A DNA stretch of 64,000 nt from an uncultured Candidatus Saccharibacteria bacterium (GTDB lineage Bacteria > Patescibacteriota > Minisyncoccia > Phycocordibacterales > UBA9973), in contig CAZGOI010000001.1 of the NCBI GenBank assembly GCA_964527185.1, positions 234,410-298,409 on the forward strand, read 5' to 3'. The notes under the pieces are model-generated. The model had not been told where the DNA came from. It ran no database searches and saw nothing but the letters and a program-made list of their open reading frames with translations. Shown piece by piece: positions 11,403 through 19,869 of the stretch. Each line of letters starts with the position of its first letter. Positions within the stretch are counted from its first letter, which is position 1. A program made the translations under genes and the position numbers.

Positions 11403-12811
11403 TTGATATAAAAAATCTAACAATCGAAAAAGCCCACGAGTCACTAAAAAATGGGGAATATACAGTCTCGCAACTTCTGGGCGAATACTTAAAAAATATC
11501 AAAGAAAAAAATAAAGAGCTAAATGCATACCTTGAAGTTTATTCTGATACCGAAGACCAAGCTCTCCGAGCGCAAGAAATGTTTGCAAACGGCACGGCCA
11601 CGCTTTTGACCGGCATCCCAATCGCGCTCAAGGACAATATTTTGCGCGAGGGGTTCATCGCTTCGGCGTCGTCTAAAATTTTAGAGAACCACAAAGCCAT
11701 CTATGACGCTTTTGTAATTAAAAAATTAAAATCCGAAGGCGCGGTTTTTATCGGTCGCACAAATATGGATGAATTTGCCATGGGCTCGTCGACCGAGACC
11801 AGCGGTTTCGGCGTGACAAAAAATCCATACGATACATCGCTTGTGCCCGGTGGTTCATCTGGCGGTTCGGCTGTTTCTGTGGCCTCTGGTATGGCCCTGG
11901 CCGCACTCGGTACCGAGACTTGTGGTTCGGTCCGCCAGCCAGCTTCATTTTGTGGGTTGGTTGGCCTCAAGCCTTCATACGGGGCGGTTTCTCGATCTGG
12001 AATTATCGCCATGGGCAGCTCACTTGACCAAGTCGGGCCGATGGGCAGAACCGTTCGCGATGTCGAGATTATTTTTAATTCTATAACTGGCCACGACCCA
12101 AACGACAGCACGTCTGTGAAAGATGAAATGCGCAAATCACCATCGCCGTTAAAAAAAATAATTGGCGTGCCGAGGTCTTTGGTTAAAGAAGGAGTAGAAA
12201 AAGAAGTTCTTGAAAATTTCAATGCCAGTTTAGAGAAATTGAAAAGCGCAGGCTATGAAATCGTCGATATCAATTTGCCGATACTTAAATATTCTCTGGC
12301 AGTTTACTATGTCATCATGCCGGCCGAAGTTTCGAGCAACCTGGCTCGCTATGATGGCATGCGCTATGGTTTATCTGTCGACGCGCCGACTTTATATGAC
12401 GTCTACGCTAAAACCAGAGGCGTCGGTTTTGGTCGCGAAGCCCGCCGCCGAATACTTCTTGGCACATACATACTCTCGCACGGCTACTATGACGCCTATT
12501 ACAACAAAGCTGTAACGGTGCGCAATGCAATTTCTCGCGAACTGTCAAAAGCATTTCTCGATATCGATGTTTTTGTGACGCCGACTGTGCCATTCCCTCC
12601 ATTTAAACTCGGCGAGAAAATCAACGACCCGCTCGCCATGTATCTGTGTGATGTTTTTTCGGCTCCGGCCAATCTTGCGGGCATATCTTCTATCTCTATT
12701 CCTTCTGGTAAAAATAGTGCTGGCCTGCCAATGGCTATACAGTTCACCGCGCCGTATCTTTGCGAAGAATATTTATTTAATATTGGGAAAGATTTCGAAA
12801 AGTTAGTATAA
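11399..12811 (+). CDS. gatA: Asp/Glu-tRNA amidotransferase subunit A
   Basis: GIPIALKDN, TNMDEFAMGSS, PGGSSGGSA, SSNLARYDG, RRILLGTY. Confidence 0.96.
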   Translation: MIDIKNLTIEKAHESLKNGEYTVSQLLGEYLKNIKEKNKELNAYLEVYSDTEDQALRAQEMFANGTATLLTGIPIALKDNILREGFIASASSKILENHKAIYDAFVIKKLKSEGAVFIGRTNMDEFAMGSSTETSGFGVTKNPYDTSLVPGGSSGGSAVSVASGMALAALGTETCGSVRQPASFCGLVGLKPSYGAVSRSGIIAMGSSLDQVGPMGRTVRDVEIIFNSITGHDPNDSTSVKDEMRKSPSPLKKIIGVPRSLVKEGVEKEVLENFNASLEKLKSAGYEIVDINLPILKYSLAVYYVIMPAEVSSNLARYDGMRYGLSVDAPTLYDVYAKTRGVGFGREARRRILLGTYILSHGYYDAYYNKAVTVRNAISRELSKAFLDIDVFVTPTVPFPPFKLGEKINDPLAMYLCDVFSAPANLAGISSISIPSGKNSAGLPMAIQFTAPYLCEEYLFNIGKDFEKLV

Positions 12812-12818
12812 TATTTGC

Positions 12819-13496
12819 ATGGCAGAAGATAAAGCAGAAAGTCACGGCCTGGGGGCAGATTGGTTGCTCTGGCTCATCATAGTTATCGTCGCGATTGCAG
12901 TCACAACTTATGGTTTTCAGGCGCCGTTTAACCCGACTTATATAAATCTCGAATACGTTTTTGAAAAAATTTTGGCTACGATTGGGCCAATCTATGCTTT
13001 TTTTACGAGTGGCCAAACTTGGGTAACCGTCGGCATTATTTCTTCGTGTATGTCGATATTTTTTATTGCAATTATTATATTTTCTATCGTGCGCATGCGA
13101 GAAATCCAAAACCATGAAAAGATAGAGCTCGATCACGAGATCAAAGAGGCCCTGTTGCGCGACCAAGACGCCCTGCGTAGCCAAAACCCTCGCTGGCACT
13201 ATATTCAAACTCTGATTGAGAGCCCGAACGAATCCGACTGGCGGGTGGCAATCATCGAGGCCGATACTATGCTCGACGAAGTTCTCACAAAAAAGGGGAT
13301 ACTCGGCGACACACTGTCTGACAAGCTCGAACAAGCGCGGGCCGAAGGCTATGCCAGCCTGCAAAATGCTTGGGATGCCCACCTGGTGCGCAACCAAATA
13401 GCCCACGCCGGTTCAAACTACCCACTGTCGCAGATCGAAGGCCGACGAGTCATCCGACTCTACCAAACTTTTTTTGAAGAGATAGGGGTGATATAA
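12819..13496 (+). CDS. membrane-anchored protein with HEPN-like C-terminal domain
   Basis: N-terminal hydrophobic helices; WRVAIIEAD...AWDAHLVRNQIAH containing RxxxxH. Confidence 0.6.
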   Translation: MAEDKAESHGLGADWLLWLIIVIVAIAVTTYGFQAPFNPTYINLEYVFEKILATIGPIYAFFTSGQTWVTVGIISSCMSIFFIAIIIFSIVRMREIQNHEKIELDHEIKEALLRDQDALRSQNPRWHYIQTLIESPNESDWRVAIIEADTMLDEVLTKKGILGDTLSDKLEQARAEGYASLQNAWDAHLVRNQIAHAGSNYPLSQIEGRRVIRLYQTFFEEIGVI

Positions 13497-13498
13497 GT

Positions 13499-14662
13499 TC
13501 AAACCTTAGATTCATTTTGTTTTTCTTCAATCTCAAAAATTTTTGAAATAATCTTTTGTGGTTCTAGTGGCGGTGTTAGATGATATATACCCGGTAGATC
13601 TACAGAAACCATCTGCGCATTCTCTTTCTCAAACCTGTCGTGGATACGTGAACTTTTCGTCATGTCATCCTTACCTCCAGTTATAACTATAATGTTACCA
13701 CCATTTTTTACTTTTGCTGATTTCCAATCACAAATTGGCTTACAAACCTTCTTAATCAAAGAACCTATTATTTGCTTTCTTAATTTAGCCTGTTCTTTCT
13801 CCCTCGGTTCTTTTGTGTTGGTAGGAAAATTAAGTTGAGCAGTTGAAACTTTCCCAAAAACCTTTAATTCTTTTAGTGTACCGGCAATAATACTACTAAC
13901 GCTCTGTTCCACAACTGCAACCGGCATTATCAATGTGGCATTTTTTGTTCTATCTTGATATTTTTTGTCATTGAGTATCTCGGCTATGATCGTAGCACCA
14001 GTAGAGTAACCCCAAAGTTCAAGTTCTTGGTTGTCACCAAAAGTTTTTTCAATAATTGATTTGTACAATTTAACGTGTGGGTTAAATCCTGAATCTTTTT
14101 CAACAGCATCAGCGAATCCCGGGGTTGCATGACCCATGAATGACTCTGGAAAACTAGCAATCACTAGTCTTCGACCAGAGAGAGCAGTTTGTGTAATTAA
14201 AGCGCTGACACACTCTATATCGTTGCCGAGACCGGGGATAAAAAATATTGGAGGCTTGGTCTTATTTTCTGAAGTCTGCAATGATTCCGGTGGGAGCAGG
14301 TCTGCCATTCTAACTTTTTGTTCACCGTATTCTGGCATATCAACAGACATTTCTATTTGATCAAAATATTTTTCGTTTACTTCATCTAGTAGATGTGCCT
14401 CCTTAATTATTTTTTCACGTTCTTCACGATTCTCTTTTGGGGTTAGCTTTAGTTTCTTAAATAAATTTGCCCGGTCATATCTATTGAAAAGAGGTCTGTC
14501 ACGACCAGCTCTATTTTCTGGAGTTCTTGCAAATTTACTCTTGTGAGTAACCTTACTCTGCAAATAATAAACTTTGTCGAAAAGTTCAGTTAGATTTTTT
14601 AAAGGCTCGCTCTCCTGTTTTATTATAGGATTATTCTCATTTAGTCTAATTTTTTCAAACAT
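13499..14662 (-). CDS. alpha/beta-hydrolase fold protein
   Basis: FFIPGLG, GYSTG nucleophile elbow, GGKDD, late His (GIYH); start at 14662 chosen because TATAAT lies 6 nt upstream. Confidence 0.75.
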   Translation of the reverse strand: MFEKIRLNENNPIIKQESEPLKNLTELFDKVYYLQSKVTHKSKFARTPENRAGRDRPLFNRYDRANLFKKLKLTPKENREEREKIIKEAHLLDEVNEKYFDQIEMSVDMPEYGEQKVRMADLLPPESLQTSENKTKPPIFFIPGLGNDIECVSALITQTALSGRRLVIASFPESFMGHATPGFADAVEKDSGFNPHVKLYKSIIEKTFGDNQELELWGYSTGATIIAEILNDKKYQDRTKNATLIMPVAVVEQSVSSIIAGTLKELKVFGKVSTAQLNFPTNTKEPREKEQAKLRKQIIGSLIKKVCKPICDWKSAKVKNGGNIIVITGGKDDMTKSSRIHDRFEKENAQMVSVDLPGIYHLTPPLEPQKIISKIFEIEEKQNESKV

Positions 14663-14756
14663 GCCCATATTATACTATTATAGTAGATGAGAATCAAAAA
14701 CCTGAATAAAAAGATTTACTTGTTAGGGGTTTTGGTTAATAATTAGATATAGATAC

Positions 14757-15794
14757 ATGAAAAAACGCAAGAGAAAAATCTACTGGTTGGTCGTCTTAGT
14801 ACCCCTGGTCGTATTGAGTGTTTTTTTTATTTTAACCAAAAATAAAAGCGAACCCCAAAAACCATTACCTGAAACAAAAGAAATCACAAGTATAGACCCC
14901 TACACTAAAAATATCAACGAACTTTTAAAAATCGTAGATGAGCAGGATCCTCGCGTGGCCTTGGCCGAACTACAACATCGTATGGACACAGACCCATATG
15001 TCTTTCAAAACTGTCACGCTATGGCTCACGAAATCGGTCATGAAGCATATAAAAAATACAAAGACTTCGTCGTCGCCTTATCCCACGAGGAAGTGACTTG
15101 TAGTGATGGCTATTTGCATGGCATCATCGAAGAACGATTTACTAACATCACCGATATTTATGGGGAAATGAAAAAAGTTTGTGCTGGCTATACCAAAGGA
15201 CTAAATCGTTGTTACCATGGGGTCGGACATGGAGTAATGTATTACACGGGGAACAACTTGCCCAAAGCCCTAGCGATCTGTAAAACATACAGAGGTATAG
15301 CCCAAAAACGCTGCAACGAGGGGGTATTTATGGAAAATTTTATTTCTGGGAGTAAAGAACACCCATCAAAATATCTCGACCCCAAAAACATAGTTTATCC
15401 TTGCCCCTCGCAAACAGCGGGTTATAAAAATTATTGCTATTTCTATGTACCCTACTACTTCCTCCACCTCCATAACTATGATTTTAAAGCGGCCATCGCT
15501 TGGTGTAGCGATCCATCTTCGGGGATAGAAAGTTCCTATGTGGCCACTTGCATCAGAGGCGCGGGAAGCATTGCTATGAAGTATAATATTAAAGACCCGA
15601 AATACGTCGAGAGTATCTGCAATACTTCCATACCTGCTGCTCGAGGGTCATGCATAAGTGGCATGGTGAGCTACTATTTAACCTTCACCAATAAACTTTC
15701 AGAAGTAGCCAAAATGTGCACCCTGCTCGACAAACAAAATAAAATTTACTGCAATAAAGCTGTCAAGCAAAAAGGAGGATTTATTATAAATTAG
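14757..15794 (+). CDS. membrane-anchored Cys/His-rich helical-repeat protein
   Basis: N-terminal TM; CHAMAHEIGH, CSDGYLHG, CYHGVGHG, CNEGVFME and paired Cys. Confidence 0.65.
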   Translation: MKKRKRKIYWLVVLVPLVVLSVFFILTKNKSEPQKPLPETKEITSIDPYTKNINELLKIVDEQDPRVALAELQHRMDTDPYVFQNCHAMAHEIGHEAYKKYKDFVVALSHEEVTCSDGYLHGIIEERFTNITDIYGEMKKVCAGYTKGLNRCYHGVGHGVMYYTGNNLPKALAICKTYRGIAQKRCNEGVFMENFISGSKEHPSKYLDPKNIVYPCPSQTAGYKNYCYFYVPYYFLHLHNYDFKAAIAWCSDPSSGIESSYVATCIRGAGSIAMKYNIKDPKYVESICNTSIPAARGSCISGMVSYYLTFTNKLSEVAKMCTLLDKQNKIYCNKAVKQKGGFIIN

Positions 15795-15825
15795 TTAAAA
15801 AATCTTATTAACAAAAATAATTAAT

Positions 15826-16542
15826 ATGAACAAAAAATACATGCTGTTTGGGTTTACAATAATCGTCTTAGTGGTCGGGATAGTCTGGTACACCTCGAAC
15901 TCTTCAAAAAAACCGAGTCCTCCCGCCGATGAAAACACCACAGAGATTATTATGTCGGCTTCGGGGTTTAGCCCAAGTTTAGTGAATATCCGCTCTGGGG
16001 AAGTGGTCCGTTTCCAAAATAGCGACACGAGTCCCCACTGGCCAGCTTCTAATCCCCATCCTGCCCATACCGATTACCCTGGGTTTGATGCCCTCCACCC
16101 AGTGGCTCCAGGACAAAGCTATAGTTTTAAATTTATAAAAGTAGGGAGTTTTGGTTTTCACGATCACCTCAACCCAGGGCTTACGGGTCAAGTAGTAGTA
16201 GAGCCAGCACCCGGGTCAACCCAAGACGAGAACAAAAAATTAATCGAAGCAACTCCGCTACGAATTGGCAATATCACTTGGCATCCGAAAAACTTTATCG
16301 ATAAAGAAGTATTTCTAGTGGGATATGTTTTAAAAAAAGAAAAAGACTATGACATATTTTCTGACGAAGCCGGAGGCGCAATTACTTCCCACGACTTGCC
16401 AGTCTCGGGAACAGGTGTAGACCAACTCGTCTTAAAACAAAAATATACCATAACGGGAATCTTTCGATACAAAGGACTATCAGCCAGCAACGGTAGCGCC
16501 TACCACTTGGAGCTCTCGGCAACTCCTACACTAGTTAAATAA
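15826..16542 (+). CDS. membrane-anchored cupredoxin-like protein with an extra C-terminal (OB-like) domain
   Basis: GFSPSLVNIRSGEVVRFQN, HWPASNPHP, FHDHLNP...GQVVV. Confidence 0.75.
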   Translation: MNKKYMLFGFTIIVLVVGIVWYTSNSSKKPSPPADENTTEIIMSASGFSPSLVNIRSGEVVRFQNSDTSPHWPASNPHPAHTDYPGFDALHPVAPGQSYSFKFIKVGSFGFHDHLNPGLTGQVVVEPAPGSTQDENKKLIEATPLRIGNITWHPKNFIDKEVFLVGYVLKKEKDYDIFSDEAGGAITSHDLPVSGTGVDQLVLKQKYTITGIFRYKGLSASNGSAYHLELSATPTLVK

Positions 16543-16549
16543 CAAACAG

Positions 16550-16623
16550 CGCGACCGAGCGGACTTGAACCGCCAACCTCTCGCGTGACAGGCGAGTGCT
16601 CTAACCAGTTGAGCTACGATCGC
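16550..16623 (-). tRNA. tRNA-Asp(GTC)
   Basis: Minus strand GCGATCG...CTCGC-CT-GTC-AC-GCGAG...GGCGG-TTCAAGT-CCGCT-CGGTCGC-G; full cloverleaf; CCA not encoded. Confidence 0.95.
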
Positions 16624-16661
16624 AAAACTATTTAAATCATAACTTCTCAATTTGCCACTAT

Positions 16662-16718
16662 TCTCGCCTAGGCGAGTGCTCGCTATATTCCAATTGAGTT
16701 GAGCTACGATCGCAAAAC
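16662..16718 (-). pseudogene. degenerate duplicate of the 5' half of tRNA-Asp, lacking the anticodon
   Basis: 16697-16718 is identical to 16607-16628 (22 bp) and 16670-16681 to 16590-16601; anticodon stem kept but loop reduced to CTAG; no T arm. Confidence 0.75.
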
Positions 16719-16734
16719 CTCAAAAAATTGAGGG

Positions 16735-16808
16735 TGTCGGCGGGAAGAATCGAACTTCCGACCTTGGGCTTATGAGTCCCACGCTCTAACCGACTGAGCT
16801 ACGCCGAC
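16735..16808 (-). tRNA. tRNA with CAT anticodon (elongator Met or Ile2)
   Basis: Minus strand GTCGGCG...TGGGA-CT-CAT-AA-GCCCA...GGAAG-TTCGATT-CTTCC-CGCCGAC-A; paired 1:72. Confidence 0.9.
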
Positions 16809-16859
16809 ATGTTCGGCTTTGGGGACATGAGATAAATTGGCATGTCACTTGCCGACTTG

Positions 16860-16930
16860 TTGCGGGGGTTTGAATCGAACAAACATCTTAAGGTTATGAG
16901 CCTTACGAGATACCATTTCTCTACCCCGCT
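16860..16930 (-). tRNA. initiator-type tRNA-fMet(CAT)
   Basis: Minus strand A-GCGGGG...TAAGG-CT-CAT-AA-CCTTA...GTTTG-TTCGATT-CAAAC-CCCCGC-A-A; unpaired 1:72 and GCGGGG acceptor typical of initiators. Confidence 0.88.
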
Positions 16931-17059
16931 ATATTCTATTATATAAAAAAGGGCAAATAAGCCCAACCCCCATATTCTACCTAAAATCAGGAATTTTGCA
17001 ATCATTGTTTACAAAATAGGGGAATAATGGTAATTTAGTAAATAATTAAAACAACCTAA

Positions 17060-17326
17060 ATGCAGCTCTCAATAGACAAGGTATCATTCGCGAACGCCAA
17101 AATACGAAGCAGATCAGATCCTGTAAAGATGAAAGTTGTGGTGCGTAAAGAAATAAATGGTGTAATTTACTCCCAATTAGAAGAAGTAGAATTTACCCCC
17201 GAAAATTACTGCACCATAGGTAACATAGATTATTTGTTAGTCGAAGACGAAAATGAAAGCCAAGGCTACATGCACAATTTTTCTTTGGTTAAATCCTCTT
17301 GTGGCTATCGCGAAAAAAATTTCTAA
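17060..17326 (+). CDS. hypothetical protein
   Basis: 88-aa ORF between tRNA groups, followed by a terminator hairpin. Confidence 0.55.
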   Translation: MQLSIDKVSFANAKIRSRSDPVKMKVVVRKEINGVIYSQLEEVEFTPENYCTIGNIDYLLVEDENESQGYMHNFSLVKSSCGYREKNF

Positions 17327-17355
17327 GACTGCTAAGTTTGCCGGCAGTCTTTTTC
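17325..17355 (+). terminator. intrinsic terminator
   Basis: AAGACTGC...GCAGTCTT stem followed by a T run. Confidence 0.65.
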
Positions 17356-17395
17356 GTTTGAAAACGAGATTAAATTATAGTAACATCATCCTATT

Positions 17396-17468
17396 GCCGT
17401 TATAGCTCAGGTAGTAGAGCATTTCCATGGTAAGGAAAAGGTCGACAGTGCAAGTCTGTCTAACGGCT
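17396..17468 (+). tRNA. tRNA-Thr(GGT)
   Basis: GCCGTTA...TTTCC-AT-GGT-AA-GGAAA...GACAG-TGCAAGT-CTGTC-TAACGGC-T. Confidence 0.92.
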
Positions 17469-17476
17469 CACTTCCC

Positions 17477-17549
17477 GCCACCCTAGCTCAGTTGGTAGAG
17501 CACGGCTTTCGTAAAGCCGGGGTCCCGAGTTCGATCCTCGGGGGTGGCT
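17477..17549 (+). tRNA. tRNA-Thr(CGT)
   Basis: GCCACCC...CGGCT-TT-CGT-AA-AGCCG...CCGAG-TTCGATC-CTCGG-GGGTGGC-T. Confidence 0.95.
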
Positions 17550-17589
17550 CAAGTGTTGATTTTTATTGCCAAAGTGATACCATGAAATC

Positions 17590-18888
17590 ATGATGAAAAA
17601 AATAATATCTCTTTTTGCTATAGCATTACTCGTTTCTTTTTCTCCTGCCTTGGTTGCCCAGGCGAAAGATTTTGGCCAAAAAGACGACTCTAACCAAGTC
17701 TCTACATCTTTTGACAGTGTTACATCAAAAGATCAAGATTTTTATAAAAAATTTAATATCGAGGAGAAATTCGGAATAAATTTTCGCCCACATATCAGGG
17801 TTTGCGGCGATAGTTTGTCGAGCGACGCACACTGCAACGCTCGTGTTTTGACAGACCCAAATGGCAAACCATCTACCTCATCTAGTTTTCCTTCTGGTTA
17901 TGGGCCGGCCCAATTGCGTGGCGGGTATTCTATCGGCGGGCTAGCTAGTTCTAAAAAAATAATTGCCATCGTCGATGCGTATGATGACCCAAATATCGCA
18001 AGCGATCTAAATTTCTACAGCGCAACTTTTGGTTTGCCGGCATTGCCAAATTGCGTCGGGCCGATGGCTAGCTCGTCTGTGGCTTGTTTCCAAAAAGTAA
18101 ATCAGCGTGGTAGCACCACTTCACATCCATCTTCAAATTCTGGCTGGGCACTCGAGATTTCTCTTGACGTCGAGGCTTCCCACGCTATGTGTCAAAACTG
18201 CAGCTTGCTACTTGTCGAAGCAGATTCAGCGAGCTATTCAAACCTCATGACCGCAGTAGATACGGCCGTTTTGCTCGGTGCAAATGTAGTTTCAAATTCT
18301 TATGGCAGCAACGAATTCACCGGAGAAAATTCTTATGACAGTCACTTCAATCACCCTGGGATAGCTTTCACATTTTCAGCTGGCGATTCGGGCTATGGGG
18401 CCGAGTATCCTGCTTCATCACCATATGTTACATCGGTCGGTGGCACCAGTCTTTTCTTGAATCAAAATAATTCTTACAAACAAGAGTTGGTCTGGAGTGG
18501 TACCGGCAGCGGTTGTAGTGCTATCGAACCAAAACCATCTTTTCAAACAGATACTTTGTGCGCAAAGCGGACGGTTGCCGATGTCTCTGCCGATGCTGAC
18601 CCAAATACTGGTGCGGCTGTTTATGATACCGTGCGATATGGTGGCACCCGAGGTTGGTTCCAAGTCGGTGGTACCAGTCTAGCTTCGCCGATCATTGCCG
18701 CCATATATGCCATCGGTGGCACGCCGGCTGCAACTGCCGAGAATTCTCTTCCTTATGCAAATATTTCAAACCTCCACGATGTCACAAGTGGCAGCAATGG
18801 ATCTTGCGGCAACTATCTTTGCAATGCCGCTCCCGGTTACGACGGGCCGACTGGTCTTGGTAGTCCAAATGGTCCCTCAAGCTTCTAA
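17590..18888 (+). CDS. secreted S53 (sedolisin-like) serine peptidase
   Basis: Signal peptide; IAIVDAY, LEISLDVE (ExxxD), SAGDSG, GGTSLASP, GYDGPTGLGSP. Confidence 0.88.
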   Translation: MMKKIISLFAIALLVSFSPALVAQAKDFGQKDDSNQVSTSFDSVTSKDQDFYKKFNIEEKFGINFRPHIRVCGDSLSSDAHCNARVLTDPNGKPSTSSSFPSGYGPAQLRGGYSIGGLASSKKIIAIVDAYDDPNIASDLNFYSATFGLPALPNCVGPMASSSVACFQKVNQRGSTTSHPSSNSGWALEISLDVEASHAMCQNCSLLLVEADSASYSNLMTAVDTAVLLGANVVSNSYGSNEFTGENSYDSHFNHPGIAFTFSAGDSGYGAEYPASSPYVTSVGGTSLFLNQNNSYKQELVWSGTGSGCSAIEPKPSFQTDTLCAKRTVADVSADADPNTGAAVYDTVRYGGTRGWFQVGGTSLASPIIAAIYAIGGTPAATAENSLPYANISNLHDVTSGSNGSCGNYLCNAAPGYDGPTGLGSPNGPSSF

Positions 18889-18945
18889 ATAAATAAAAAT
18901 TTTTGGCAAAGGGCACGGGCTCTTTAACTTTGCTATAATGTTGCA

Positions 18946-19830
18946 ATGAGCAAAGACACCGAAACGATAAAAAAAGAAATAGAAAGTCTTGAAAATGAAA
19001 TGAATGGGATAGATTTCTGGAACGACAAAGAAAAAGCTAAAAATACAATCAAAAAATTAAACGACCTCAAGAGGGAACTCCTTGGCAACGAGAAGTATGA
19101 CAAGGGCAATGCCATACTATCGATCCTCTCGGGGGCTGGAGGCGATGACGCCGAAGATTTTTCGGCTATGCTTTTGCGGATGTATTTAAAATATATCGAG
19201 AGGAATGGCTGGCAGGTAAATTTGGTGCACGAAAACAAAAACGACTTCGGCGGCTACCGCAACGTCTCGATAGAGGTTGTCGGCCAAGACGCCTATGGCA
19301 AACTTAAAAATGAATCTGGCGTGCATCGATTGGTCCGGACGTCACCGTTTAATGCAAAATCACTGCGGCACACTTCTTTTTCGCTTGTCGAAGTCGTTCC
19401 AAAGTTTGAAAAAAATACAAACGATATAGAAATTGCCCCAGATGAAATTAAAATTGAATTCTCAAAATCAGGCGGCCCAGGTGGACAAAACGTAAACAAG
19501 AGAGAAACGGCTGTGCGCGTGGTTCACTTGCCGACAAATATCGCCGTCCATGTTTCGACCGAGCGATCGCAAGAACAAAATCGCGAAAAAGCTATCGAAA
19601 TACTAAGGGGTAAGCTTTTTAAAAAAAGAGAAGACGACCAAGCGCGCATCGCCCAAGGACTCTCGGTTTCAAAAACGACCGATATCGAGTGGGGAAGCCA
19701 AATCAGAAATTATGTTCTCCACCCATATAAATTGGTAAAAGATCTACGCACCGGCGTCGAGACTGCAAATGTAGACAAGGTTTTAGAAGGAGATTTAAAT
19801 ATTTTTATTGATGCAGAGAGGAATTTATGA
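18946..19830 (+). CDS. prfB: peptide chain release factor 2 (N-terminally shortened)
   Basis: GAGG, ESGVHRLVRTSPF (SPF), RHTSF, GGPGGQNVNK, WGSQIRNYVLHPY. Confidence 0.93.
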   Translation: MSKDTETIKKEIESLENEMNGIDFWNDKEKAKNTIKKLNDLKRELLGNEKYDKGNAILSILSGAGGDDAEDFSAMLLRMYLKYIERNGWQVNLVHENKNDFGGYRNVSIEVVGQDAYGKLKNESGVHRLVRTSPFNAKSLRHTSFSLVEVVPKFEKNTNDIEIAPDEIKIEFSKSGGPGGQNVNKRETAVRVVHLPTNIAVHVSTERSQEQNREKAIEILRGKLFKKREDDQARIAQGLSVSKTTDIEWGSQIRNYVLHPYKLVKDLRTGVETANVDKVLEGDLNIFIDAERNL

Positions 19831-19869
19831 TATTTGTACATATCCTAATATTGTGTAATAATATTTAGC

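Noticed and set aside
11124-12811. gatCA without gatB, and the GatA variant GTETCGS in place of GSDTGGS
   Set aside because: gatB is often unlinked and may lie outside the window, and the catalytic Lys/Ser/Ser residues appear retained.
12777-13406. 209-aa minus-strand ORF
   Set aside because: Antisense shadow of the 12819-13496 gene, with no motifs.
16809-16859. Hairpin between the two CAT tRNAs (TCGGC...GACATG...CATGTC...GCCGA), considered as a tRNA intron or extra tRNA
   Set aside because: Both flanking tRNAs are complete and the spacer has no cloverleaf; it is probably a processing stem.
18922-18928. CTTTAAC upstream of prfB, resembling the RF2 +1 frameshift site
   Set aside because: CTT-TAA is already in the prfB frame, so a +1 shift would leave it. 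There is no upstream start or SD, and an extended -10 sits 6 nt before ATG 18946.
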